Shown: positions 1 to 9,975 of the stretch, piece after piece | Position numbering within the stretch: position 1 is the first letter of the stretch | Layout of the letters: the number at the start of each line of letters is the position of its first letter | From: an uncultured Fibrobacterota bacterium | Lineage (GTDB): Bacteria > Fibrobacterota > Chitinivibrionia > Chitinivibrionales > FEN-1185 | Assembly: GCA_963729895.1 (NCBI GenBank) | Contig: CAVSQB010000005.1 | Span: forward strand, 160,001 to 224,000 | Direction of reading: 5' to 3' | Length of the DNA stretch: 64,000 nt | Translations under genes and position numbers: made by a program | The notes under the pieces: model-generated | Told to the model about the DNA's origin: nothing | The model's database searches: none | What the model saw: the letters and a program-made list of their open reading frames with translations, nothing else

Positions 1-982
1 GCTGGGGACAGGAAAAATAGACTGGTCCGGACGTTTCTTCAATGCGGAGAGCCCCGGCTGAGACGGAGGCGATACCATTCCGCACGCGAGCCGGCGGATC
101 AAAACTGCCTGTCAATACCACTTTCGCTTGCGTTTGACCCTGTGCAAACGAGATGGTGTCGCCAACGGAAATCGTCGGCGCCGAAACGGTGACGGAAAGG
201 GTAACCAGCAATTTTGTAAAACCCGGGTTCCACACCGCGCCGCCGATGGTGCCGAACCCGCTGAGCCAGGTGTGACCGCTTGACAATGGGAAAAGCGAAT
301 CTATGTTGAGCGCGGTCACGGTGACATTGTTAACTGCCTTGTCAAACGTGAGCAGCACGTAATCGTCGTTGTCAATGCCCGGCTGCAGGATGACATTGTC
401 GCTCGCAACGGCGGAAATAAGGCTGGGGGGAACAGCCGGATGGAGCTGGAAGGACAAGTCGTCGAACCAGGCCGTGCCGGTGTCGCCGGCCGCCGCGGTG
501 CATTCAAGGTATACCTGGGCGGTTACGGCATTGGCAGGTGCGGCAAAAGTTTGGGATAGGTTCGTCCAGGGATGGGTGCCAGTAAGCTTGCCTACCGTGT
601 CTATTTTGATGTATCCGGCCGGCACTTGGTTGTTAGTAGGGTTCAAGGAGTCAAACCATAAAATCATGATTTGGGCCGTGGAACCGGCTATGGCGTCGGT
701 TTTCAGCCAACCGGAAGCGTCGTATAATGTTCCCGCGGCGACCGTGTCTGTTGCGGTCTGCCATACTGCACGCGGGAAGGCAACTCCCGGAATGATCATT
801 TGCTCGCTGTGGGTCCCGGTGTGAGCGACGTTATTGACAATTGAGCGTCCGCCGCTCGTGCTCATCTGCCAGGCCGCGTCGCCGTTTTCAAAACTCGGAT
901 TGATCAGAAGGTTCTGGGCATTAAGGTTGAAAAGTGCAAGGAGTAAACATGCAGGAACGCGACAGAGAAGGTGTTTGATCAT
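1..982 (-). CDS. Secreted protein with N-terminal carbohydrate-binding (CBM4/9-like galactose-binding fold) domain; 3' end runs off the window
   Basis: Absent from the ORF track; translated by hand from ATG at 982 with a GGAGGG RBS. MIKHLLCRVPACLLLALFNLNA signal peptide, then QNLLINPSFENG...GTAWFDDLSF, typical of CBM_4_9. The frame is open to position 1. Confidence 0.7.
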   Translation of the reverse strand, partial: MIKHLLCRVPACLLLALFNLNAQNLLINPSFENGDAAWQMSTSGGRSIVNNVAHTGTHSEQMIIPGVAFPRAVWQTATDTVAAGTLYDASGWLKTDAIAGSTAQIMILWFDSLNPTNNQVPAGYIKIDTVGKLTGTHPWTNLSQTFAAPANAVTAQVYLECTAAAGDTGTAWFDDLSFQLHPAVPPSLISAVASDNVILQPGIDNDDYVLLTFDKAVNNVTVTALNIDSLFPLSSGHTWLSGFGTIGGAVWNPGFTKLLVTLSVTVSAPTISVGDTISFAQGQTQAKVVLTGSFDPPARVRNGIASVSAGALRIEETSGPVYFSCPQ

Positions 983-1209
983 GGCGCCCTCCGGGGAAAA
1001 GGTGGACCGCCGGAACGTTTCTATCTTCGGGTGATTTCCCGCTTGTTCTCGACTGCAACCTTTTTGATCGTACCATGTTTGCTGGTCGAATGTCAAGAAA
1101 CCGCGGCCCGAAGGGCGGTTGGCCTCTGGCGGCCAACCTTTGGCAGCCTATGTTTTTTCACTATCAGGATTGTGTTTGGTGTTACAAACTGCAAAGGACA
1201 CGGCCGCGC

Positions 1210-3072
1210 CTATCTGACGGCCGTTACTCTTTGCAAAGCTGCGCCCGCATGTTCCTGAATCAAATAAATTCCCTCATCCGCGAACGACTGCTTGGTGACT
1301 CTATGCCCCGCCACGTCATATACTCTTAAATCCTTTTTTGCCTGCATGTACTTGAACAAGAGCGTTACCGTGATCGGGTTGGAAAAGGCAAGGCGCTGCC
1401 GGGGAGCCGCATTTCCTTTGGAAGAACGGACCTGGTTTGCCGCATACTGGTACGCGCCCACGTCCCATGCGCCGGAGGCCGGCCTGGCCCTTCCATTTAT
1501 GTCAACTCCCATTCCGGGAAGAATGTAGCCTGCGTCAAACATGTTCTGTCCGTGGCCTATAAGCCATGAACCCGCGACCGGCATTCCATTGGCATCCACC
1601 ACACTGAGCGGGCCAGGATCGGCGCTTGAATTGGCGTCGCAGTTACAGGCGGATTGCCAGGTGGCGAAATTGCTGACGTCCACGCCGAATCCCCAGAACG
1701 CGTTGTACGATCCGGCATAATAGCCGTAGAAGTCGTTGTCAGGCAGATGCGTCCAGGAGTCCGATGCCGATCCACCGATCAACGTGTTTTCGCCGCTCAG
1801 GAGATTGTTTCGCACGTCAAGCCCTTTTGACTGGGCTGCCGGCAATCCGGAAACGCCTCCCAATCCCGCTCCTCCCACATTAAAGAGCCCCGCTCCGGCG
1901 GCAGGATCGTTGCCGATCAACGTGTTGTTGAACACAACGCCGGGACCTGTGATCGTGAAGAGTGTGTGGGTCCTTGGCGGATTGTCGGTACATCGGAAGA
2001 GGTTGCCGTAGATAAAAGCATTCGGACCGGAAAAGTTTTGTGTCCAGGGCGTCCGGCCCGTATTGTTATACCCGCCTTCCAGAAAGACATGTTCGTTAAA
2101 ATTCCCGCCGCAGTCTCCGTCAAACCGGTTGTTGTAAACGTAAAGTCCTGTGAACGACCCCCAGGTTGAGGCGCCGGAAAGTTCGGCGGAATTCCAGGAA
2201 TGGATGCCGTCATGATGAAACATGTTGTTGGGAGAGTCCCAGTTGGCGTAATCATGGAAATAATTGTCATGCACGTACTCCCGGGAGGCCGTTCCCGTAG
2301 TGTTGCTCGCAAGCGTGAAGTCATGATCGTTGTTGTAAAACTCGTTGTGGTCCACCGTGTTATTGCTGTCCCCGGCGTTATACCCGTGACTCAGCGCCCA
2401 GCGGATATCATGCAAGACGCAATGATCCACGCGCCAGTTGCTTCCGCTGATCGCCATTCCCACATCGCCATCCATGTCGGTGGTGTCGTTGTAGGAGGTG
2501 CGAAGATAAATGTTTCGTATGATAAGATTTTTGATTTCGCAGTTGCTGCAATTACCCGCTCCGATCCCGATACTCCATTGCTGGTGTCCAAGGCCGGTCC
2601 CGTTGTCCGTGTCCTGGATAATGCCGTTTGGAAGGCCTTGGGCCGTGGCCCCGCCGTCGATGACGATCCAGGAGTTTGCATTGGTGGCAATGGCCCCGTC
2701 GCCTTGAGAATTCCCGTTGATGAAGACCGGTGATTGCAGGATGGCCCCCGACTCAAATTTGATGAAGATGGGGCTGTCGCTCGTCCCGCTGCCGTTTACA
2801 AGCAATCCGTTCCTGGTTGCCGGGAACGAGAATACCCCGCACAGATGCAGGGTATCTCCCGGACCTATTTTGCCCGCTGCGCTGCCCCAGTTTCCTGCCG
2901 CATTGAACCAGGCGGCAGCGTGGGCATTGGCCGGACTGGTGCCGTCATCAGTACCCCGACTGGTCTGGGCAATGTAAATGCTTTCTCCTTCCGCCGACCC
3001 GCTCAAGAGAAATCCCAGGAAAGCCAGTCGAACCAAAAGTCTGCCAGTCTCACTTCTTGACATGAAGAGCAT
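1210..3072 (-). CDS. Secreted right-handed parallel beta-helix (pectin-lyase-fold) protein with C-terminal secretion tail
   Basis: 620 aa with GGAGGG RBS and signal peptide. GPGDTLHLCG motif, Asn-rich beta-helix repeats, DINGRARPASGAWDVGAYQY motif and a basic C-terminal tail. Confidence 0.75.
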   Translation of the reverse strand: MLFMSRSETGRLLVRLAFLGFLLSGSAEGESIYIAQTSRGTDDGTSPANAHAAAWFNAAGNWGSAAGKIGPGDTLHLCGVFSFPATRNGLLVNGSGTSDSPIFIKFESGAILQSPVFINGNSQGDGAIATNANSWIVIDGGATAQGLPNGIIQDTDNGTGLGHQQWSIGIGAGNCSNCEIKNLIIRNIYLRTSYNDTTDMDGDVGMAISGSNWRVDHCVLHDIRWALSHGYNAGDSNNTVDHNEFYNNDHDFTLASNTTGTASREYVHDNYFHDYANWDSPNNMFHHDGIHSWNSAELSGASTWGSFTGLYVYNNRFDGDCGGNFNEHVFLEGGYNNTGRTPWTQNFSGPNAFIYGNLFRCTDNPPRTHTLFTITGPGVVFNNTLIGNDPAAGAGLFNVGGAGLGGVSGLPAAQSKGLDVRNNLLSGENTLIGGSASDSWTHLPDNDFYGYYAGSYNAFWGFGVDVSNFATWQSACNCDANSSADPGPLSVVDANGMPVAGSWLIGHGQNMFDAGYILPGMGVDINGRARPASGAWDVGAYQYAANQVRSSKGNAAPRQRLAFSNPITVTLLFKYMQAKKDLRVYDVAGHRVTKQSFADEGIYLIQEHAGAALQRVTAVR

Positions 3073-3143
3073 ATTCCCTCCTGTTCGCGGCAGGCATTGC
3101 GAATCTCGCTCAAGGCCCGTGGTAGTTCAGCGGCTTACCCTAG

Positions 3144-4455
3144 CAGGTTGTTGAAATAGTCCTAACAGAAGCGCTCTTGTTGATTTTTTATGAACCTAAC
3201 TTCAACTTTACATATGTCAGAGAGGTTTTACCTGCCTCGTTCCGAGGCATTTCCCCGGATTCCCAGGCCATTCTCATGCTGCCCCCACCGTTTGCGGCAT
3301 CAACTTAACCATGCGTATCAAGTTGTACGCTGCGGCAACCACGTAGGCAACAGTCTGGTTGATTCGTATTCCTCTTACCCGAGTTTTCCGCAGGCCACCG
3401 ACGCTCTTGATCCACCCAAATATCTCTTCAACCCGTTTTCGTTTCCTTTGACTTACGCTGTATCCCTTATGCCGAGTCGTTCTTCCATCCAACCCTTTAA
3501 GCGAAGTGTTGGCCTTCTCGGCAATGTGAGGCTTCACGTGCAGGCGTCGCAGGCTCTTGATAAATTCGGTTGCATGATACCCTTTGTCTGCACCCACCGT
3601 CTTCATCCGGCGTTTTCCGCGCCTGCGTTCATGCTTTATCAGCTCAAGCGCCATATCCCGTTCCGCTGTCCCCGTCGCTGGCGCAATGGCGATATCAACA
3701 CACAACCCATTTCGGTTTTCCATCAGCACGTGACCGGAATACGCCAGCTGCGCTCCCGTTCTCTTGTTCTTCCGAGCCAACAGCGCCTCTGGATCGGTCG
3801 AACTCTGATGTGTCTCATTGCTTCGCTTCTCATGGTGGAAATCAACCGACGGATTACTCCGATCATCGTCAGTCTTGTTCGCCGATTCCGCGTCTTTTCG
3901 CTTGAAGCTCTTCATCGATGCCCAGGCTTCAATCAACGTGCCGTCAACCGTGAAATGCTCATCGGACAACAACTCTTCGGAACGAGCAAGACGCACGATT
4001 TCCTGCATCAGCCGGTGCGCAATCTCCTGTTCCATAAGTCGATCTCGGTTCTTCGAAAACACACTATGATCAAACGATGCCGCATCCAGATCCATGTCAA
4101 GAAACCATCGGAACAGAATGTTATAGTCCAGCATCTCGCAAAACAACCGGTCCGACCGTATCGAAAACAAAGCCATCAATATCTGTGCTTTCAAAAGCCA
4201 TTCCGGCGGTATCGAAGGGCGTCCCATCCGGCTGTACATCGCCTCAAAGTCACGAGAAAGGCGGCGCAGCGCTATGTCCGTAAACTGTTTGACACGACGA
4301 AGCGGGTGCGTTGCCGGCACTCGGGAATCCGGAGAAACGAAGCTGAACATACCGCCTTGGGCTGGCTGGGAACCTCTCATCAATACTCCTTGGTTGGGGT
4401 TCCCCTATAATATAAGGATAAATGTTTACAAAAGGGAGACTTTTTCAACACCCTG
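3144..4455 (-). mobile_element. IS5-family insertion sequence, copy 1 (1312 bp)
   Basis: Terminal IRs CAGGTTGTTGAAATAGTC / CAGGGTGTTGAAAAAGTC (16 of 18 match). CTAG target duplication at 3140-3143 and 4456-4459. Near-identical copy at 49123-50434. Confidence 0.95.
3274..4383 (-). CDS. IS5-family DDE transposase
   Basis: 369 aa; HPLR and GRPSIPPE N-terminus, with VDGT, GADKGY and RKRVEEIFGW DDE motifs. Confidence 0.95.
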   Translation of the reverse strand: MMRGSQPAQGGMFSFVSPDSRVPATHPLRRVKQFTDIALRRLSRDFEAMYSRMGRPSIPPEWLLKAQILMALFSIRSDRLFCEMLDYNILFRWFLDMDLDAASFDHSVFSKNRDRLMEQEIAHRLMQEIVRLARSEELLSDEHFTVDGTLIEAWASMKSFKRKDAESANKTDDDRSNPSVDFHHEKRSNETHQSSTDPEALLARKNKRTGAQLAYSGHVLMENRNGLCVDIAIAPATGTAERDMALELIKHERRRGKRRMKTVGADKGYHATEFIKSLRRLHVKPHIAEKANTSLKGLDGRTTRHKGYSVSQRKRKRVEEIFGWIKSVGGLRKTRVRGIRINQTVAYVVAAAYNLIRMVKLMPQTVGAA

Positions 4456-4764
4456 CTAGGCGCTTCCCGTCAGCCAAAATAGCTTTTCAAACGCGGGAAT
4501 ACAAGAAATGGGCACAGTGGTTTGCAGACGTCCTGCTCCATGCAGCGCCGGCATTTGCTTTCTATACGCAAGAACACCTATATTTTCATTTGTAGAGTTT
4601 TGCAACTTATCCGCGTGTGCCTTTATCCTCAATCCCGAGGAGAATCGGCGGAAACACGAGGAAATCAGGTACGGTTTATTCTCAACGCAATCCGGTTGAC
4701 GCTTCTTTTCTACAGGCACTTTTCTCGGGCCGATAATATCTCTTGTGAAAGCAGGGAGGAATTC

Positions 4765-6393
4765 ATGAAGGCTGCTCAAAGGCTTTTCGGATTATGGAGG
4801 CTTGGATCGGTAGGAATCGGTGTCATGATCCTCTCACAAACCGTGGCCGCTAGGTTCGACAACCCACTGCCGGTCATGACCCTCACCGGAACGCGAGGAC
4901 TGAGCCAGACCGGTTCGGCAGAGACAATGGGATTCGGAAGGCTGACCTTTTCGCTTTTCGGGTCCTGGTATGTCCAGTCCGAGGAATATCCCCTGACGCC
5001 CAACAACGGCGCGAACGTTTACACAGGCAACGCCGCGTTCTCCTTTGGCGTTAATCCATACATCGATGTCTTTGCATCTGCGTATATGTATGCCATGCAA
5101 AATTACGATACCACACATTCGGTCGGCCTTGGTACGATTCAGGCCGGGGTCCAGGGAACGCTACCCTTTCCCGATACCATGCCGGTACGGCTGGGCGCCC
5201 AGGCGCTGATTTTCGCAGGCACCAGCAACAACCAGATCAACGGCAACGGTGCCGACGGATACAATTACTTTGAAACGCGGAACGGATACGATTTTGCGGC
5301 AAAGCTGCTGGAAAGCATTCTTCTGGGCAACGAATCGCATGCGTTCAAGATGCATTTTAACGAGGGGTTTGTCGGTTCGCTGCAACAGGGCAAGGGACTT
5401 CTGATGCTTCTTGCAGCCGGGATCCAGGTAAACGCCTTTCCCGTAATCGCGTTGGGCGTGGAAATCAACTCCCGAACGTTCACCGATCATATCGCCATCA
5501 TGACCGATCCTTTGTGGGTCACGCCTACTCTGTGCTTCAGAACGCCATACTATTTCAACATTCTCATAGGCGCCGATGTTGCGTTATCGCAGCAGCGCGA
5601 ACAGCCCGCGACGGCGCTCAGGGCTTTGGAACCCTATCGCGTTTTCGGCGCAATAACCTTTTCGTTTGACCTGATGGCGCATCAGAGAGCGGCTGCAAAG
5701 GAGAAGGAACGGCAGGAAGCGCTTGAAAAGGAGCGACTCAAAGCCGAGGCCGACAGCCTGAACATGCTGCAGAAACGGGAAGCTGAAGAAAAGGTGCGTC
5801 TTATGGCAAGAGCGGACAGCCTGGCCCAGAAAGCCCATGAAGATTCTCTCTCACATCTCAAGCAGGCGCAAGCGGAACGCCAGCGCGCCGATTCGCTGAC
5901 CCGTGTCGCCGATTCGCTCGCGAAGAAATCCCGCGTCGATTCAGTCGCCCTTGCGGATTCGAGGCGCCAGGTCGAAGAACAACGGTCCAGGCTCTCCGAC
6001 GCCGAAAAACAACTCCTGTCGACCGGCCTGTTGCTGCTTGATGCGGTCTATTTCTCGTCTGGAAAGACCGACATTTCCATCAACTCAAAACCCTACCTTA
6101 ACATCATCGGGAAGATGCTGACCAAGTATCCGAAGCTTGTCCTGGAGGTCGGCGGCCATACCGACAACATCGGCGGCCTCTCCTCCAACATGAGGCTCAG
6201 CCAGGCGCGCGCCGAATCGGTCCGCTATTATCTGATTACCGTGGCGCCCGAACTGGCAACCCGCTTGACCGCAACCGGCTATGGCCCCAGCCAGCCGAAA
6301 GCGGACAACACTACGGCCGAGGGCAGGCAGATGAATCGCCGGGTGGAATTGAAAGTGCTTAATAGGGAAGTGCTCAAAGAATACAATCAATAG
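4765..6393 (+). CDS. OmpA-family outer membrane protein (N-terminal beta-barrel, coiled-coil linker, C-terminal peptidoglycan-binding domain)
   Basis: ATG 4765 follows GGAGGA. C-terminal GHTDNIG...N.RLSQARAESV...GYG...NRRVE is the OmpA_C signature. Confidence 0.85.
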   Translation: MKAAQRLFGLWRLGSVGIGVMILSQTVAARFDNPLPVMTLTGTRGLSQTGSAETMGFGRLTFSLFGSWYVQSEEYPLTPNNGANVYTGNAAFSFGVNPYIDVFASAYMYAMQNYDTTHSVGLGTIQAGVQGTLPFPDTMPVRLGAQALIFAGTSNNQINGNGADGYNYFETRNGYDFAAKLLESILLGNESHAFKMHFNEGFVGSLQQGKGLLMLLAAGIQVNAFPVIALGVEINSRTFTDHIAIMTDPLWVTPTLCFRTPYYFNILIGADVALSQQREQPATALRALEPYRVFGAITFSFDLMAHQRAAAKEKERQEALEKERLKAEADSLNMLQKREAEEKVRLMARADSLAQKAHEDSLSHLKQAQAERQRADSLTRVADSLAKKSRVDSVALADSRRQVEEQRSRLSDAEKQLLSTGLLLLDAVYFSSGKTDISINSKPYLNIIGKMLTKYPKLVLEVGGHTDNIGGLSSNMRLSQARAESVRYYLITVAPELATRLTATGYGPSQPKADNTTAEGRQMNRRVELKVLNREVLKEYNQ

Positions 6394-6451
6394 TGATCGC
6401 CGAATCGAATCTTGTTTGGCAAGGGCGTGCAAAATTGACAAACGAGGCTCC

Positions 6452-8114
6452 ATGAAAAACATGGTGGCTGCTTTTCTGGTGACGGTCTCGCCTGTTTGGG
6501 GAGCCACCTACTACATCGCGGCGAGCGGTTCCGATTCTCACAGTTCCATCCAGGCGCAGTCCAGGTTCACTCCCTGGGCGCATCTGCCGGGAATGCCGGA
6601 TTGCGGCGCCGGTTGCGCGTCCTGCACACCTGCGGCGGGCGACAGCCTCATTCTCCGTGGAGGCCGACACCTGGGGAGCCGCGAGCCTGGGCGTCAGCTG
6701 GCAGTGGTCCGGAACTTCCGGTTCCCGCATCTACATCGGCGTGGATCAAACTTGGTATACGGGAAGTTCCTGGAAGCGGCCTATTTTTAATTGCGGAGGA
6801 GCCTCCTGCGCCAGCGGCACCAACCAGCTTCAGGTGGCCGGCAGTTATGTCATCGTTGACAACATCGAATTCACGGGCCTGTACAAGGACACCGGCGGCG
6901 GCGGTGCGAGCGGCATCATGACGCTGAATTCATATAACGAGGTGAAGAACTGCTACGTGCACGGCTGGTCGCATGCGGCCGGCAGCACGGACAACAGCCA
7001 GTCGTATGCGATCGTTGCGCACGGCGGGTATCCGCACGACGAAATTTCCTTCCACGACAACGTCATTGACGGTTCGGAAGGCTCGCTCGATGACGGAAAC
7101 GGCTTCCTCAACGGCACCTACGTTTACAACAACGTCATCCGCTATGTGGTGAGCGGCTTCCTGGGCAACTTTAATGTCGTGCACGACAATCTCGTGGAGC
7201 ACGATGTTCTCTCATACGCCGGAGATCATTGCAACCTGGTTTTTATATTCCACCCGGCGAGCGGGTCGAGACTTTTGGCTTACAACAACGTGGTCCGGCA
7301 TTCAGGCTGTCCCGGGGGCATGGCCTTTTGGCTGAACGGGAATGCCGGATGTGTCAATTGCACCACCTACGCTTTCAACAATGTGCTGTACGACATTGAC
7401 AATGGGATTCTCGCCATAGGCGCCCATCCATCGAGCGGAAATACAGGCACCTATTATATCTACAACAACACGGTGATGAGCAACGGGGGAGCAGGCATGG
7501 GAAACGGCGAAGCATCTCCAAGGTCTACTACACACTACGCGAACAATCATTGCATCAACGCCGGTACGTTCTGCGATGGCACAGGGACGACATGCATAAA
7601 TGACGGCGGTAATCTCTTGCAGACCACGGCGCAGGCGGCGAGTGCCGGCTACACCGCCGGTGAGACGTACGCTTTCTCGCCCGCAAGCGCCGGCAGTCCC
7701 ACCGTGAGTGCGGGCATCAACCTGACGAGCCTGTGCGATTCCTTGCCCGACCTGTGCAACGATGCAACGTTCGCAGTAGGGTACGATTCCGTGAATCACA
7801 GGGTGATTGCACCTGCCAGGACGCCAAAGGCGCGTCCGTCAACCGGTGCCTGGGACGCAGGGGCCTACGAATATGCCGGATCGGGAATTCGAAGAATGGA
7901 TATGGCGCCTCAAGATGGCTTCCCGGCCCGGTTGCCGCATGCGAACCCGCTGAGCGTCGATCTGTTCCGCCGGTACGTGCAATCCGGAATAGGGGTCAAG
8001 GTGTATGATTTCACAGGAAGGCTCGTGAACAACCGAACCGTGCAAAACGGAGGCTTCTATTTTGTCCAGGACCACAACGGCCCTGCGCTTGAGAAAGTGA
8101 TGGTAGTGAAATAA
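6452..8114 (+). pseudogene. Secreted beta-helix protein split by a 1-nt frameshift at ~6664-6665 (pseudogene or sequencing error)
   Basis: The signal peptide and TYYIAASGSD...GDSLILRGG (from ATG 6452) continue as DTWG... in the next frame (ORF 6657-8114). Removing one C from GGC-C-GAC gives a 553-aa protein paralogous to 1210-3072. Confidence 0.8.
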
Positions 8115-8227
8115 ACAGGCGGGATGAAACGCTTTCCGGTTGATCTTCCCTTTCCGGCGCGCTTTTCGACAGTTGCAGAAATGTGATGCGTCAACGCTGC
8201 GCGCCGAAGCACGTCGCGCAACACCAC

Positions 8228-8365
8228 TCACCGATGTTCGGGCGCTTTGGGTTCAACGTCTTTGCGCGTCGCTTTCGTGCTATTCCTGTTCCTTATCAGT
8301 ATGGCAACGGCAACTACGCAGGCCAGAACGAATATCCCGTAGGCCAAAAGCATGGAAAGGATCAT
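8228..8365 (-). CDS. Small single-pass membrane protein (45 aa)
   Basis: Below the ORF-track cutoff. GGAGG RBS just upstream; MILSMLLAYGIFVLACVVAVAILIRNRNSTKATRKDVEPKAPEHR is one TM helix plus a basic tail. Confidence 0.55.
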   Translation of the reverse strand: MILSMLLAYGIFVLACVVAVAILIRNRNSTKATRKDVEPKAPEHR

Positions 8366-8517
8366 AAACCTCCATCTCGTTTTCGGAATGAGGCCTTAAC
8401 GGCCCGTCGACCGATTCTACTCCGTTGCACCCGTCTCTCACAGTTTTCTTACCAGTACGATCCACTGCCCCCAGTCCTTTGAACGCATCAAAAAACACGA
8501 AGACAAGCATCGTGCGG

Positions 8518-9975
8518 TTATCGCTCCAATCGGTCGGTGCAATCTTGGGGAAGCGGCAGGTTTGGCAGTCGCTGAAAGACATAGACAATGGCGGTGCCGT
8601 TTGCCGTTTTGTAAACCGGCAAGAATCCGAACGGCCGTATGCTGTGAGGCCGGGGTATCATGAGGCTCATAAAAGTCATGTCCGCACCGCCCAGGTCGTT
8701 TTGGATATAAACCGCTATGCCCCTGGAAATACAGTGCACCGGGGCGCTGTTTGCCGCCACTTCGCGGAACATCAGAATTCTGTTTGATGCCTCTTCTCCC
8801 AAATAATAAGAGAAGTAGGCTACGGAACGGCCGCACAGGACAACTTCGGCATTCTTGACCAGTTTGCGGAGAACAACCAGGGTTTCCTTCCTGTCCGCCT
8901 CAATGGCGTTATCATTTCTCACTCCGTCAAAGGTCGTCCGAATCGTATCGCGCCGAAACCCGATGTTGAGCAACGCCACGCAGGCCGCGGCGAAAACCAG
9001 TTTGCTGCTGATGCATTCGGCCATGACAAGCGCGGCGTACAGGCAGCACAACAACATCGGAAACGAAAGAAACCGTACATGGACGATCACGGGCTTAACA
9101 AAAGAAAGGAACCAAAAGGCACAGAAGGGCACGACAACGAGTGCGCCCATAAGGAAGTGGTCGTCGGTGCGCTTGCGTATCGTAAAGTAGCACAGGCCGG
9201 CCAGTCCCAGCAGGTGCACCGGCCAGAAAAAGCTCCTTGTCACGTTGTAAAGGGTTGCGGGCCAGTAGTGTGCAAAGGTGACCGGCATCATTCCAAGCGA
9301 AGCCAGATAATCCTGCGTTACGTCGGACGAATAGGTGGGTGATCCGGAAATGCGGAAGTCGAACCAGGCCCACAACAGCGGTGCGGCAAGACCAAGTGCG
9401 TACCACCACGAAAAACCCCGCTCTTTCTTGAACCGCGAAAGCAGCATCAGCAACGGAGGCACCGCCCATGCTTCGGGTCGCACGAGCCCGGCCCCGAGAA
9501 GAAAGAGTGATACGTAAACGGCTCGTTTCTTCACAAAAGCATAGGCGGCGGCGAGCAGAAGGAAGAAATACAGCATCGGGTAATATGCCGGCAGAATGAA
9601 CTCCGGCAGCACCGTTGTATTGGCAAAAACGAAAAGGAGAAACGCCGCCAATCCGGCCCAATACGGCGCCCCAAAATGCACGGCCAGCTTCATGAGCAAC
9701 CAAAGCACGCCGGCGGCAAATGCGCACATAACAGGGTAAAGAGCCCCGTGCCACAGCAGGCCGCACAGCGCGGCGAAAAGCGGTTTTGGTGTCTCCGGCG
9801 GAAGGCTGTAGTGATGGCCAAGGAGGTTCAACCACATTATTCTGTAACTCAAAAAGGGGTCTTCTCGATTGCCGCCAAACACAAGCGGCAACAACAGGAG
9901 GGCGATATAGGTCGCCATGCAAACGGCAAGAAGGGCCCTTTCGGGCGCTCGAACAATCTTTTCGTGTTGTCTCAT
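8518..9975 (-). CDS. Polytopic membrane protein, possibly a GT-C-type glycosyltransferase
   Basis: About 11 hydrophobic segments, a GLVRPEAW motif and a C-terminal soluble domain. Start uncertain (9975 or 10029). Confidence 0.55.
   Translation of the reverse strand: MRQHEKIVRAPERALLAVCMATYIALLLLPLVFGGNREDPFLSYRIMWLNLLGHHYSLPPETPKPLFAALCGLLWHGALYPVMCAFAAGVLWLLMKLAVHFGAPYWAGLAAFLLFVFANTTVLPEFILPAYYPMLYFFLLLAAAYAFVKKRAVYVSLFLLGAGLVRPEAWAVPPLLMLLSRFKKERGFSWWYALGLAAPLLWAWFDFRISGSPTYSSDVTQDYLASLGMMPVTFAHYWPATLYNVTRSFFWPVHLLGLAGLCYFTIRKRTDDHFLMGALVVVPFCAFWFLSFVKPVIVHVRFLSFPMLLCCLYAALVMAECISSKLVFAAACVALLNIGFRRDTIRTTFDGVRNDNAIEADRKETLVVLRKLVKNAEVVLCGRSVAYFSYYLGEEASNRILMFREVAANSAPVHCISRGIAVYIQNDLGGADMTFMSLMIPRPHSIRPFGFLPVYKTANGTAIVYVFQRLPNLPLPQDCTDRLER

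Noticed and set aside
3190..4410. 406-aa plus-strand ORF (also 49169-50389)
   Set aside because: Antisense shadow of the transposase with no recognisable motifs.
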